Sequence record: SRR2962707_2562 | Length of the DNA stretch: 39,165 nt | Strand: one strand, 5' to 3' | In this document: one piece after another, positions 17,604 through 26,801 of the stretch | How the letters are laid out: every line of letters starts with the position of its first letter | How positions within the stretch are numbered: position 1 is the stretch's first letter | The notes under the pieces: generated by a model | Database searches by the model: none | What the model was told of the DNA's origin: nothing | The model's input: the letters and a program-made list of their open reading frames with translations, nothing else | Position numbers and translations under genes: made by a program

Positions 17604-17604
17604 A

Positions 17605-20600
17605 TTACCCCCCGTTGACCTTGGCCAGTTCTCCCGCGAGGTATTCCAGCCCCTTCATACGTTCTTTCGGGGTATCCCAGGTGCGGGAGAAGACCAGCTT
17701 ATGATCGGGGCGGAGCTTGGCCGTTCCCTTCTGAGCGGTCAGCCATTCGACCAGCTTGACCGGGTCGGCGACCTGATCGTTCAGAAACTGCACTACGGCC
17801 CCCTTGGGACCTGCATCGAGCTTTGAAATCCCGGCGCGACGGCAGAGTTGCTTGATCTTCACCACTTCAAGCAGGTTCTCCGCTTCCGACGGGATCGGAC
17901 CAAACCGGTCAATCATTTCGGCGGCCGTCTGCTCGATTTCGTCCGCATCCTTGAGCCAGGCAATACGGCGATACAGGCCCATGCGTACCGTCAGATCAGA
18001 TACATACCAATCCGGGATCAACACCGGCATCCCGAGCGCCACCTGCGGCGACCATTCGGCATCGTTATCGGCATTCAGACCACGTGCATCAGCGACGGCT
18101 TCTTCGAGCATCTGCTGATAAAGCTCGATCCCGACTTCGCGAATGTGCCCGGACTGCTCATCACCCAGCAGATTGCCGGCACCACGAATGTCGAGGTCGT
18201 GGCTCGCCAATGTAAACCCGGCGCCGAGACTATCCAGTGTCTGCATGACCTCCAGACGTTTCTCCGCCGTCTTCGTAAGCATCTGTCCCGGCGGCAGGGT
18301 CAGATAGGCATAAGCCCGTGTCTTGGATCGACCGACCCGGCCTCGAAGCTGGTAAAGCTGAGCCAGTCCGAACATGTCTGCGCGGTGAATGATGATGGTG
18401 TTCACCGCCGGCAAATCCAATCCGCTTTCAATGATGTTTGTCGATAACAAGACATCGAACGCGCCGTCATAGAACCGCGAAATCGTATCCTCGATCGTGG
18501 CGACGGGCATCTGACCGTGCACCATCGTCATCTTCACTTCCGGGACAAGTTCTCGCAGACGGTCTGCGACTTTTTCCAGATCATTGATACGCGGACACAC
18601 ATAGAATGTCTGCCCGCCACGATATTGTTCACGAAGGATCGCTTCGCGAATAATCACAGGATCGAACGGCAGGACGAATGTCCGCACCGCTAGCCGATCC
18701 ACGGGCGGCGTTGCAATGAGGCTCATCTCACGGATCCCCGTCAGCGCCATCTGCAGGGTGCGCGGGATCGGTGTCGCCGTGAGTGTCACCACATGAACGT
18801 CAGCGCGAATGGCCTTGAGCTTTTCCTTATGCGCGACCCCGAAATGCTGTTCCTCGTCGACTATCAGCAATCCGAGATCACGGAAGGCGATATCCTTGGC
18901 CAGAAGTGCATGCGTTCCGATGACGATATCGACGTCCCCTTTCTTCATGCCTTCCTTGGTTTCCGCCATTTCCTTCTGGGTCACCATCCGCGACAATTGC
19001 CGAACCCGGACAGGGAAGCCACGGAACCGCTCGGCAAAGGTCAAATAATGCTGGCGGCACAGCAACGTGGTCGGCACGACGACGGCGACCTGCTTCCCTT
19101 CCATGGCAACGGCGAAGGCCGCACGCAGCGCTACCTCCGTCTTGCCGAAACCGACATCGCCGCACACCAACCGGTCCGTCGGTCGGCCTTTCTGCAGATC
19201 GCCCAGAATGTCTGAAATCGCTTCAAGCTGGTCTTCGGTTTCGTTGAATGGAAAGCGTGCGGCAAATTCCTCGTAGGCACCTTCCGGGGCGATAAATCGC
19301 GGTGCGGTTTTGAGTTCCCGTGCCGCAGCGATCTTGATCAGCTCGTCCGCCATCTCGCGGACCCGTTCCTTCATCTTTGCGCGGCGCGCCTGCCAAGCGG
19401 CGCCGCCTAATCGGTCGAGCTGCACGCCGGCATCTTCAGAGCCATAGCGCGTCAGAAGGTCCACGTTTTCGACCGGGAGAAACAGTTTCGAATCACCGGC
19501 ATACTTGAGCTGCAGACAATCGTGAGGTGCCCCACCGACCTCAATCGTCTCCAGGTCCATGAACTGACCGATACCGTGGTCCACGTGCACCACCAGATCA
19601 CCCGGCACCAGGGACGACACCTCGGCGATGAAATTTTCCGGCCGGATGCGGCGGCGCCCGGGCCGGGCCATGCGTTCACCCAGCATGTCGCTCTCGGTAA
19701 TGACGGCGAGATCACGATAATTGAAACCGCGATCAAGGCCGATCACACCCGTGACTAGCTCACCTGTTTTGGCATCGTCCTGATTTGTAGTGCGCAGCGC
19801 AGTTGCACCGTGCTCCACCAAAAGACCTTTCAGACGTTCCTGCGAGCCCTCACTGAAACACGCAATGACGACGCGTTTTCCGGCAGTAGTATATTTCCGA
19901 ATATCGCCAACCACCGCCTCGTAAACATTTGCGTTGGGGTCGATCCGGACTTCTGCGTAGTCACGAGCCACACTTGCACCGATATCAATACCGCCGGTTT
20001 CATAAGGTGACAGATCACATACGGTCCGCCCCTTGAACCCTGCCGCCAGTGCTTCCGCATCCACAAACAGCGTATCGGGATGAACCGGCCGGTACGGCAC
20101 ACCGCTGTCAGCATCTGAAATCGTCTGTCGGGCGGTGAAGTATTCGGCGATGAGATCGCGACGCGCCTGCATCGCCGGTTCGGCTTGATGATCGAGCAGC
20201 ACGGCCGCCCCCGGCAGGTAATCAAACAAGGTTTCAAGCTTGTCGTGAAACAGCGGCAGCCAATGCTCGAAACCCTGATGACGACGACCTTCACTGATCG
20301 CCTCATAAAGCGGATCGTCCGAACCAGATGTCTGAAAAAGTTCCCGGTAATTGGTCCGAAAACGTGAAATCGCATCGGGATCCAGCGGCGCTTCGCTGAC
20401 CGGCGTCAGGGTAACGGAGGACACTTCCCCTGTGGATCGCTGTGTCGCAGGATCAAAACTGCGCAGTGTATCCAACTCGTCACCGAAGAAATCAAGGCGG
20501 ATTGGCCCCCCGGCACCGGCCGGATAGATATCCACAATCCCGCCACGGACAGCATATTCGCCAGGTTCGGTGACCGTTTCGATTCGGATGAAACCGAAAC

Positions 20601-21036
20601 GCTCCAACTCACGCACCAGTTCATCCGGTGCGATCCGGGTGCCTGATTGCAGTTCCTTGCCCGCCCCTTCAAGAAATGACCGCGGCGGCACTTTCTGGAG
20701 CAGGGCCGAGACGGTCGTGAAGATCAGCCGTCCGCCACGCGACGGCGCAATCAGCCGCCCCAGTGCCGCCAGTCTGCGCCCGACCAGCGCCCGCCGGGGC
20801 GAAACACGGTCGTAAGGCAGACAGTCCCACGCCGGCAGTTCAATGACATCCGTCCCGGGCGCAAAAAAACCGGCAATGGCAGCGCGGCGTGCCATGCCCG
20901 TATCGTCCCGCAGTACAAAAAGGACGTCGCGGCCTTCGGCGGTCAGCTCCGCCGCAAGAAGAACGTCCGCACCTTCAGGCGCACCGCCGACATCGTATCT
21001 GCCGGGTGCGCCAATTTTCTCAAGATTGTTACTCAC
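17605..21036 (-). CDS. mfd: Transcription-repair coupling factor
   Basis: PAWDCLPYDR.SP, RGGIVD, VVH.DHGIG, CGDVGFGKTEVA, DEEQHFGV, TATPIPRTL, QLRGRVGRS, DLDIRGAGNLLG. Confidence 0.97.
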   Translation of the reverse strand: MSNNLEKIGAPGRYDVGGAPEGADVLLAAELTAEGRDVLFVLRDDTGMARRAAIAGFFAPGTDVIELPAWDCLPYDRVSPRRALVGRRLAALGRLIAPSRGGRLIFTTVSALLQKVPPRSFLEGAGKELQSGTRIAPDELVRELERFGFIRIETVTEPGEYAVRGGIVDIYPAGAGGPIRLDFFGDELDTLRSFDPATQRSTGEVSSVTLTPVSEAPLDPDAISRFRTNYRELFQTSGSDDPLYEAISEGRRHQGFEHWLPLFHDKLETLFDYLPGAAVLLDHQAEPAMQARRDLIAEYFTARQTISDADSGVPYRPVHPDTLFVDAEALAAGFKGRTVCDLSPYETGGIDIGASVARDYAEVRIDPNANVYEAVVGDIRKYTTAGKRVVIACFSEGSQERLKGLLVEHGATALRTTNQDDAKTGELVTGVIGLDRGFNYRDLAVITESDMLGERMARPGRRRIRPENFIAEVSSLVPGDLVVHVDHGIGQFMDLETIEVGGAPHDCLQLKYAGDSKLFLPVENVDLLTRYGSEDAGVQLDRLGGAAWQARRAKMKERVREMADELIKIAAARELKTAPRFIAPEGAYEEFAARFPFNETEDQLEAISDILGDLQKGRPTDRLVCGDVGFGKTEVALRAAFAVAMEGKQVAVVVPTTLLCRQHYLTFAERFRGFPVRVRQLSRMVTQKEMAETKEGMKKGDVDIVIGTHALLAKDIAFRDLGLLIVDEEQHFGVAHKEKLKAIRADVHVVTLTATPIPRTLQMALTGIREMSLIATPPVDRLAVRTFVLPFDPVIIREAILREQYRGGQTFYVCPRINDLEKVADRLRELVPEVKMTMVHGQMPVATIEDTISRFYDGAFDVLLSTNIIESGLDLPAVNTIIIHRADMFGLAQLYQLRGRVGRSKTRAYAYLTLPPGQMLTKTAEKRLEVMQTLDSLGAGFTLASHDLDIRGAGNLLGDEQSGHIREVGIELYQQMLEEAVADARGLNADNDAEWSPQVALGMPVLIPDWYVSDLTVRMGLYRRIAWLKDADEIEQTAAEMIDRFGPIPSEAENLLEVVKIKQLCRRAGISKLDAGPKGAVVQFLNDQVADPVKLVEWLTAQKGTAKLRPDHKLVFSRTWDTPKERMKGLEYLAGELAKVNGG

Positions 21037-21284
21037 GACGTGCCGTTGAATTCTTTGATCATCTGCAGGAGCGGGCTATCGACCATGGCCGGTGTCGGCT
21101 CACGTCCCGTCACCCAGTTATAGAGATCGTTATCGGAATGATTCATCAAATTCTCGAACATATCCGTTTCGCTTTCGCTCAGGTCCGCCAGTCTGGCCAG
21201 GGCGAACCTGCCCAGCAGAACGTCGTTTTCCTTCATGCCGCAATGGGTTGCGCGGTAAATCAGGCGTTTGCGGCGTGCGTCCAC
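21033..21284 (-). CDS. sdhE: Succinate dehydrogenase assembly factor SdhE/SDH5
   Basis: RRKRL.YR..H.GMKE.D..LG.F, D.DL..W; expected position between recG and mfd. Confidence 0.88.
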   Translation of the reverse strand: MDARRKRLIYRATHCGMKENDVLLGRFALARLADLSESETDMFENLMNHSDNDLYNWVTGREPTPAMVDSPLLQMIKEFNGTS

Positions 21285-21392
21285 GACCTCTGTCCTTTTC
21301 CATGATTGCCAGGGAGCCTAGGATACTGAACATGGATATAACCCCTCGTTCGGCAATTGTCAGGGCCAGAAACGAGATCAGATGCAAGAACA

Positions 21393-23474
21393 ATGCGGCC
21401 AGAAAACCTTTTTCCCCTGTTTAAGTCCGTCACCTCGCTGAAAGGCGTTGGTGCGCGCACGGCCGAACTGATCGAAAAGGTAGCAGGCCCGCATATCGTC
21501 GACCTTATATGGCACCTGCCGACGGATATCATTGACCGACGCTATACACCCAAAATCGCCGATGCGCGGCCCGACAGTATCGCTACCATCACCCTCAGGA
21601 TTACCAAGCACTATCCGCCCCATAACAAACGCTCGCCATACAAGATTGTTGGCATGGATGATACCGGAGCGATGAACCTCGTCTTTTTTCGTGCCCGCCC
21701 TGATTACCTCATGAAGACCTTGCCGGAAAATGAAACCCGGGTTGTCTCAGGCAGGGTCGAGAAATTCGGTGACGCCTTACAGATGACGCACCCCGATCAC
21801 ATTGTAACAGTGGATGAGATCGAAAAACTGAGCAAGGTAGAACCGGTTTATCCTCTGACTGCCGGGCTCTCATTGAAAGTGCTGGGAAAAGCGATGACGG
21901 CAGCACTTGAGGTCCCCGAGGATTTGCCGGAATGGCTCGACAAGCCGCTTGTCGAGCGTGAGAAATGGCCGGCATGGCGCGACGCCGTCTTAAAGGTGCA
22001 CGCACCTGAAAGCGAAAGCGACCTGGCCCCGGAAACCTCACCGCGCCGACGCCTCGCATATGATGAATTGTTATCGAACCAGCTGGCCCTGGCCCTGGTC
22101 CGGGCGCATATGAAACGCACCAGAGGCCTGTCCCTCAAAGGGGACGGTAGTCTGCGCCGAAAAGTTATGAGCGCCCTGCCCTTCACCCTGACCGGTTCGC
22201 AGGAACTGGCCATACAGGAAATCGATGCCGATCTTGCCGCCGAACACCGCATGCTCCGGCTGCTGCAGGGGGATGTCGGGTCAGGTAAAACCGTTGTCGC
22301 GTTGATGGCCATGTTAAGCGCTGTTGAGGCAGGTGGTCAGGCCGTCCTGATGGCACCGACGGAAATCCTCGCCCGACAGCATCATGCAACGCTCAGCAGC
22401 ATGACCGAGGCGGCCGGCCTGCAGCCGTTGCTATTGACCGGACGAGAACGTGGTAAAAACCGGGAAGGCCTTCTCGAAAAACTGAATTCAGGGGCAGCCC
22501 GTCTTGCCGTCGGCACCCATGCTCTTTTTCAGGATGATGTCGCCTATAACGATCTTCGCGTTGCCGTCATCGATGAGCAGCATCGTTTTGGCGTGCATCA
22601 GCGCCTGACGCTTGCCGCCAAGGGGCGCGCCGTCGATGTGCTGGTGATGACGGCAACCCCGATCCCCAGGACCTTGATGCTGACCGCTTATGGTGACATG
22701 GACGTGTCACGCCTGATGGAGAAACCTGCGGGGCGCAAGCCGATCCAGACAGTGCTGATTTCTCAGGATCGCCTGGACGAAGTTGTATCGGCCGTGAGGC
22801 GCGCCCGTGAAACAGGTGCCCGTGTCTATTGGGTCTGTCCGCTGATCGAAGAGAGCGAAACCATGGACATGGCAGCGGCCGAAGCTCGCTATGACCATTT
22901 GAAATCCATCTTTGGTGATCATGTCGGTCTGGTTCATGGCCGGCTCAAAGGGGCTGAAAAAGATGCCGTCATGGCGGCCTTCAAGGATGGTGGTATCGAT
23001 ATACTGGTCGCCACGACAGTGATCGAGGTCGGTGTCGATGTACCGGAAGCGACAGTCATGGTGATCGAGCATGCGGAACGCTTCGGTCTAGCTCAATTGC
23101 ACCAGCTCAGGGGCCGCATCGGGCGAGGCGCTGAAAAATCCACATGCCTGTTGCTGCATGCTGGCCATCTCGGTGAAACCGCGAAAGCGCGACTCAAGAC
23201 CATGCGCGAAACCGACGACGGCTTTGTCATTGCAGAAAAGGATCTGGAACTGAGAGGGGCCGGCGAATTGCTCGGTACGCGTCAGAGCGGGCTGCCCGAA
23301 TTCCGTCTGGCGGATATCGCCGTCCATGGTGATCTTTTACAGATTGCCCGCGATGATGCCGAATTGATCCTGAGAAACGACCCTGAACTGGAAAGCGAAC
23401 GCGGTCAGGCGCTACGGCAGTTGCTCTACCTGTTCGAAAGGGATGCGGCGATCCGTTATCTGCGATCCGGGTAG
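21393..23474 (+). CDS. recG: ATP-dependent DNA helicase RecG
   Basis: MRP..L.PLF, L.GVG, RLAYDE, LQGDVGSGKT, DEQHRFGV, MTATPIPR, QLHQLRGRIGRG, DGF.IAE.DL.LRG.G. Confidence 0.97.
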   Translation: MRPENLFPLFKSVTSLKGVGARTAELIEKVAGPHIVDLIWHLPTDIIDRRYTPKIADARPDSIATITLRITKHYPPHNKRSPYKIVGMDDTGAMNLVFFRARPDYLMKTLPENETRVVSGRVEKFGDALQMTHPDHIVTVDEIEKLSKVEPVYPLTAGLSLKVLGKAMTAALEVPEDLPEWLDKPLVEREKWPAWRDAVLKVHAPESESDLAPETSPRRRLAYDELLSNQLALALVRAHMKRTRGLSLKGDGSLRRKVMSALPFTLTGSQELAIQEIDADLAAEHRMLRLLQGDVGSGKTVVALMAMLSAVEAGGQAVLMAPTEILARQHHATLSSMTEAAGLQPLLLTGRERGKNREGLLEKLNSGAARLAVGTHALFQDDVAYNDLRVAVIDEQHRFGVHQRLTLAAKGRAVDVLVMTATPIPRTLMLTAYGDMDVSRLMEKPAGRKPIQTVLISQDRLDEVVSAVRRARETGARVYWVCPLIEESETMDMAAAEARYDHLKSIFGDHVGLVHGRLKGAEKDAVMAAFKDGGIDILVATTVIEVGVDVPEATVMVIEHAERFGLAQLHQLRGRIGRGAEKSTCLLLHAGHLGETAKARLKTMRETDDGFVIAEKDLELRGAGELLGTRQSGLPEFRLADIAVHGDLLQIARDDAELILRNDPELESERGQALRQLLYLFERDAAIRYLRSG

Positions 23475-23480
23475 AGAGGT

Positions 23481-24329
23481 TTAGTCTTTGTCATCGTCAG
23501 GCTTATCAGATGACCTGGCGTTTTCCAGTTGCTGGTTTGGCCTGGAATCCTTGGGAACCAGCACTGGCGTGCCGCCCTTTTCCCGAAGGATATCAACATC
23601 TTCGTATGTCTGTGCAGAAACGACGGGCGTATTGCGTTCGGATTCCGGACGTTCATCCGGCGGCGTCACAATCCCGCCGGAAATCACCATTTTAATCGCG
23701 TCCTCAACCGTCATGGACAACGGCACGATATCTTTCTTTGGAACGAACAAAAGAAAACCGGATGTCGGGTTCGGCGTCGTCGGCAGAAAGACATTGATGC
23801 ATTCTTCTTCTGTCAGGTTCTGCACTTCACCCTTGGTCATGCCGGTCAAGAAGCCGATGGCCCAGATTCCTCTCCGCGGGTATTCGATCAGAACGGCTTC
23901 GCGGAAAGCGTTAGATTGCTGCGCAAGAACCGTTTCGAGAATTTGTTTCACCGCAGAATAAACATTCCGGATCACCGGCATCTGGCTTAGGACACGTTCA
24001 GAAATACGCATCCACAGACGCCCAAAGAAGCCGGCTGTGAGCGCCCCCACCAGCATAAGACCGACAATCAGAACCAGAAGCCCCAGACCGGGCACTGCGA
24101 ACGGCAAATAGGTCTCGGGATTATATTTCGCAGGAATCAGCGGATTGATCTTGCTGTCCACGAACGTCACGAACAGCCAAGCCAGATAGAACGTGATGAA
24201 AATCGGCGCCGTCACAAGAATGCCCGCAAACAGATAAGCCCTCAGGCGCTGCGACATGCTCATGCGCGGCCGTGCCGAACCCGTCCCATCCGTGTGTTTC
24301 GTATTATGTTCCGGTTCTGACGGTGTCAT
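23481..24329 (-). CDS. DUF502-family membrane protein
   Basis: LR.Y..AGILV..P..IT, P.IR.VY...KQ, EYPR.G.W, F.PT.PNPTSGF, S.G. Confidence 0.88.
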   Translation of the reverse strand: MTPSEPEHNTKHTDGTGSARPRMSMSQRLRAYLFAGILVTAPIFITFYLAWLFVTFVDSKINPLIPAKYNPETYLPFAVPGLGLLVLIVGLMLVGALTAGFFGRLWMRISERVLSQMPVIRNVYSAVKQILETVLAQQSNAFREAVLIEYPRRGIWAIGFLTGMTKGEVQNLTEEECINVFLPTTPNPTSGFLLFVPKKDIVPLSMTVEDAIKMVISGGIVTPPDERPESERNTPVVSAQTYEDVDILREKGGTPVLVPKDSRPNQQLENARSSDKPDDDKD

Positions 24330-24457
24330 ATATCAAGTCCTTCAGCGGATCCCGAATTTGGCCATGTCAGGGATATATGGGGCTTATCACAGGCCGACTG
24401 CAAGCAGCGTTTCAGTTGCTGCCGGCAATGATTTTTAAAATTCAGAGGAAATATCAA

Positions 24458-24796
24458 TTACTTGTTACGGACAGTTTCGACAAGAATCCTCAGCAAAGCC
24501 CGTATAAATGGATCGGTGCTCTTGAGCTTTTGCTGATACATGGTTTTGGTGATCGTCACAATGGTGGCGCCGCCTTTCACTTTTGCCGTGGCCATACGCG
24601 GCTGGTCATCGATCAACGCCATTTCGCCAAAAATACCGCCGACTCCGATGGTTGCGAGTTCCTTTTCCTCCCCATCTACTATTCTTGAAATAACGACCTC
24701 GCCACCCTGCACGATATAGGCACTGCTGCCCTGTTCTCCTTCACGGAAAACCGTGTCCCCGTTTTTTAAACTGCGGCGTTCTAGAATATCCGACAC
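24458..24796 (-). CDS. Stand-alone cyclic-nucleotide-binding domain protein
   Basis: F.EG..G..AYI...G.V, G.IFGEMALID..PR.ATA; likely GTG start at 24796 (ORF track starts at TTG 24829). Confidence 0.85.
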   Translation of the reverse strand: MSDILERRSLKNGDTVFREGEQGSSAYIVQGGEVVISRIVDGEEKELATIGVGGIFGEMALIDDQPRMATAKVKGGATIVTITKTMYQQKLKSTDPFIRALLRILVETVRNK

Positions 24797-24895
24797 ACCA
24801 ACCCCCGCTGTGCTTATCGACGTTTTCAATACCGATTAAGACTGTATCTTAACGATATTACCTATTTTTGTAATCGAAGAATCAGCGGGGCCGAT

Positions 24896-25354
24896 ATGAC
24901 ACAGAACACAGGCCGTGAATTTCCACCAAGACCCATCGTCGGGGTCGGTGTGGTCATTGTCGGCGAAAAAGGCGTGGTCCTGATCAAACGCGGCAAACCA
25001 CCCCGTGCCGGCAGTTGGAGCCTGCCTGGTGGTGCCCAGAAACTGGGTGAAACCGTCCATGCCGCCGCCTTGAGGGAGATTAAGGAAGAAACGGGACTTG
25101 AAGCGACAATCGGCGGCCTGATTGATGTCGTCGATTCAATTACCCCGGCGCCGGACGGACGAATTGAATATCATTATACCCTGGTTGATGTCTGGGCCAC
25201 GGTGGCGCAGGACGCTGAACCAAAATTCGGCGGCGATGCAGCCGATGCCTGCTGGGTTGGGATGGACAAACTGGCAGACCTGAACCTCTGGTCGGAAACC
25301 CGCCGAATAATTGACATGGCGCATGCAATGTGGCGGGAAACCCGGCCCATATAA
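24896..25354 (+). CDS. NUDIX hydrolase
   Basis: Nudix box GGAQKLGETVHAAALREIKEETGL. Confidence 0.92.
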   Translation: MTQNTGREFPPRPIVGVGVVIVGEKGVVLIKRGKPPRAGSWSLPGGAQKLGETVHAAALREIKEETGLEATIGGLIDVVDSITPAPDGRIEYHYTLVDVWATVAQDAEPKFGGDAADACWVGMDKLADLNLWSETRRIIDMAHAMWRETRPI

Positions 25355-25364
25355 TTTCATGCGT

Positions 25365-25385
25365 CCGGATACTGTGTCCATCCGG
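25365..25385. terminator. Possible hairpin between convergent genes
   Basis: CCGGAT-N9-ATCCGG between the NUDIX and HlyD stop codons; no clear U-tract. Confidence 0.25.
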
Positions 25386-25403
25386 CCATGTCTTGCCCGC
25401 CGC

Positions 25404-26801
25404 TTAGCGTTCGCGGAATGCCGTTGAGACCGAGCTATATACAGGTTTCAGCAGATATTCGAACAGCGTCTTCTTGCCGGTCTTGATATCCGCCTGAACC
25501 GTCATGCCCGGCATGACCCGGTTCTGTGACGGATCATGACCGACAAAGTTGCGGTCCAGTTCAATGATCCCTTTGTAATAGGGCTCTCCCTGCTCATCCA
25601 GGAAGGTCGACGCCGAAACGTCCTTGAGTTCACCGGAAATGCCGCCGAACCGGGCAAAATCATACGTCGTCACTTTGACCGTCACAGGCTGGCCGATCCG
25701 CACATGACCGACGTCACGCGGTTTGATCTTGGCTTCCACCACCAGTTCCTTATCCAGCGGAACAATTTCTGTGATGATTTCTCCCGGCGGTATCACGCCG
25801 CCCACGGTATGAATATTCAGGCCTTTGACAATACCGCGGACCGGCGCCGTGATTTTCAATCGACGCACACGATCACGCGCCTGCACCAGCGCTTCTTCGA
25901 CCTGAATAAGTTCGTTGGCACTTTCGCTCAACTCAGCCAATGCCTGTTCACGAAACTCTGTTTCGATTTCATCCAGCCGGCTTTGGGATTCCTTGATGGC
26001 TTCCGTTGCCCGTTCCCGTTCGGAAATCAGATCAGAAAGCTCGCCTCTGGCCGTGTTCATGGACCGCTTCGCATCCAGATAGGAAATCTTGGAGGTAAGG
26101 CCTTCCTTATAAAGCTTCTCACGGACCTCAAGCTCTTCTGCGAAGATATCGGCCGTACGGGTCAGTGTCTGCTCACGTTCGTCCAATGCCTGCAGGTCGG
26201 AGCGGCGCTGTTCGATCTGTTTGCGGATCGTTTCCTGGCGGCTGAAAAAGGCCTCCAGAGACCCTTCGTAAATACGCTGCTGATCCTGCAGCATGTTCGG
26301 ATAACGGGTGCCGACCTTTGACCAATCGGGGACACCGCCGATACCGAGTGCACGCAATCGTTCCGAGCGGATTTCAAGACCTGCCCGCCGTGCTTCAAGT
26401 TTCTGCAGTTCCGTCACCGCAGCCGTTTCATCAAGGGTAATCAGGACCTGGCCTTTTTCGACGAGCTGGCCTTCTTGGAGAAGGATCTGTTTGACGATAC
26501 CGCCTTCGAGGTGCTGCAGAGCCTGAACTTGGCCAGATGGAATGACTTCACCCGATGTAACCGCGACTTCATCAACATTGGTCACCATCGACCACCCGAG
26601 AAACAGCATGATCACGATGCAGATGGTCAGCATGGCCCCCCGGATCAAACCGGAACTGCCGCCTTCTTCGAGGATCACCGACTGCGCAAGGAACCGTGTC
26701 TGGCGGTCACCACGACGAATTTTCTTACGCCGGTCCTTATCCGGGGTCCCCGGATGATCGGCGTAGTTCTGTTCTGTAATCTGCGAACCGTCAGCCATCA
26801 C
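25404..26801 (-). CDS. HlyD-family type I secretion membrane fusion protein
   Basis: Single TM helix, G.VIPSG....QHLEGG.V, long coiled coil, I.APV.G.V, GGVI.PG, YDF.R.G, PGM.V.ADI.TG.KT..EYLLKP. Confidence 0.93.
   Translation of the reverse strand: MMADGSQITEQNYADHPGTPDKDRRKKIRRGDRQTRFLAQSVILEEGGSSGLIRGAMLTICIVIMLFLGWSMVTNVDEVAVTSGEVIPSGQVQALQHLEGGIVKQILLQEGQLVEKGQVLITLDETAAVTELQKLEARRAGLEIRSERLRALGIGGVPDWSKVGTRYPNMLQDQQRIYEGSLEAFFSRQETIRKQIEQRRSDLQALDEREQTLTRTADIFAEELEVREKLYKEGLTSKISYLDAKRSMNTARGELSDLISERERATEAIKESQSRLDEIETEFREQALAELSESANELIQVEEALVQARDRVRRLKITAPVRGIVKGLNIHTVGGVIPPGEIITEIVPLDKELVVEAKIKPRDVGHVRIGQPVTVKVTTYDFARFGGISGELKDVSASTFLDEQGEPYYKGIIELDRNFVGHDPSQNRVMPGMTVQADIKTGKKTLFEYLLKPVYSSVSTAFRER

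Noticed and set aside
14140-17604. Mobile genomic island
   Set aside because: No integrase, transposase, tRNA or flanking direct repeats were found; the only support is a subjective composition shift.
17605-23474. mfd-sdhE / recG divergent cluster as a novel repair system
   Set aside because: This is a common alphaproteobacterial gene arrangement.
24836-24853. Canonical CtrA box
   Set aside because: The TTAA half-sites are 9 nt apart rather than 7.
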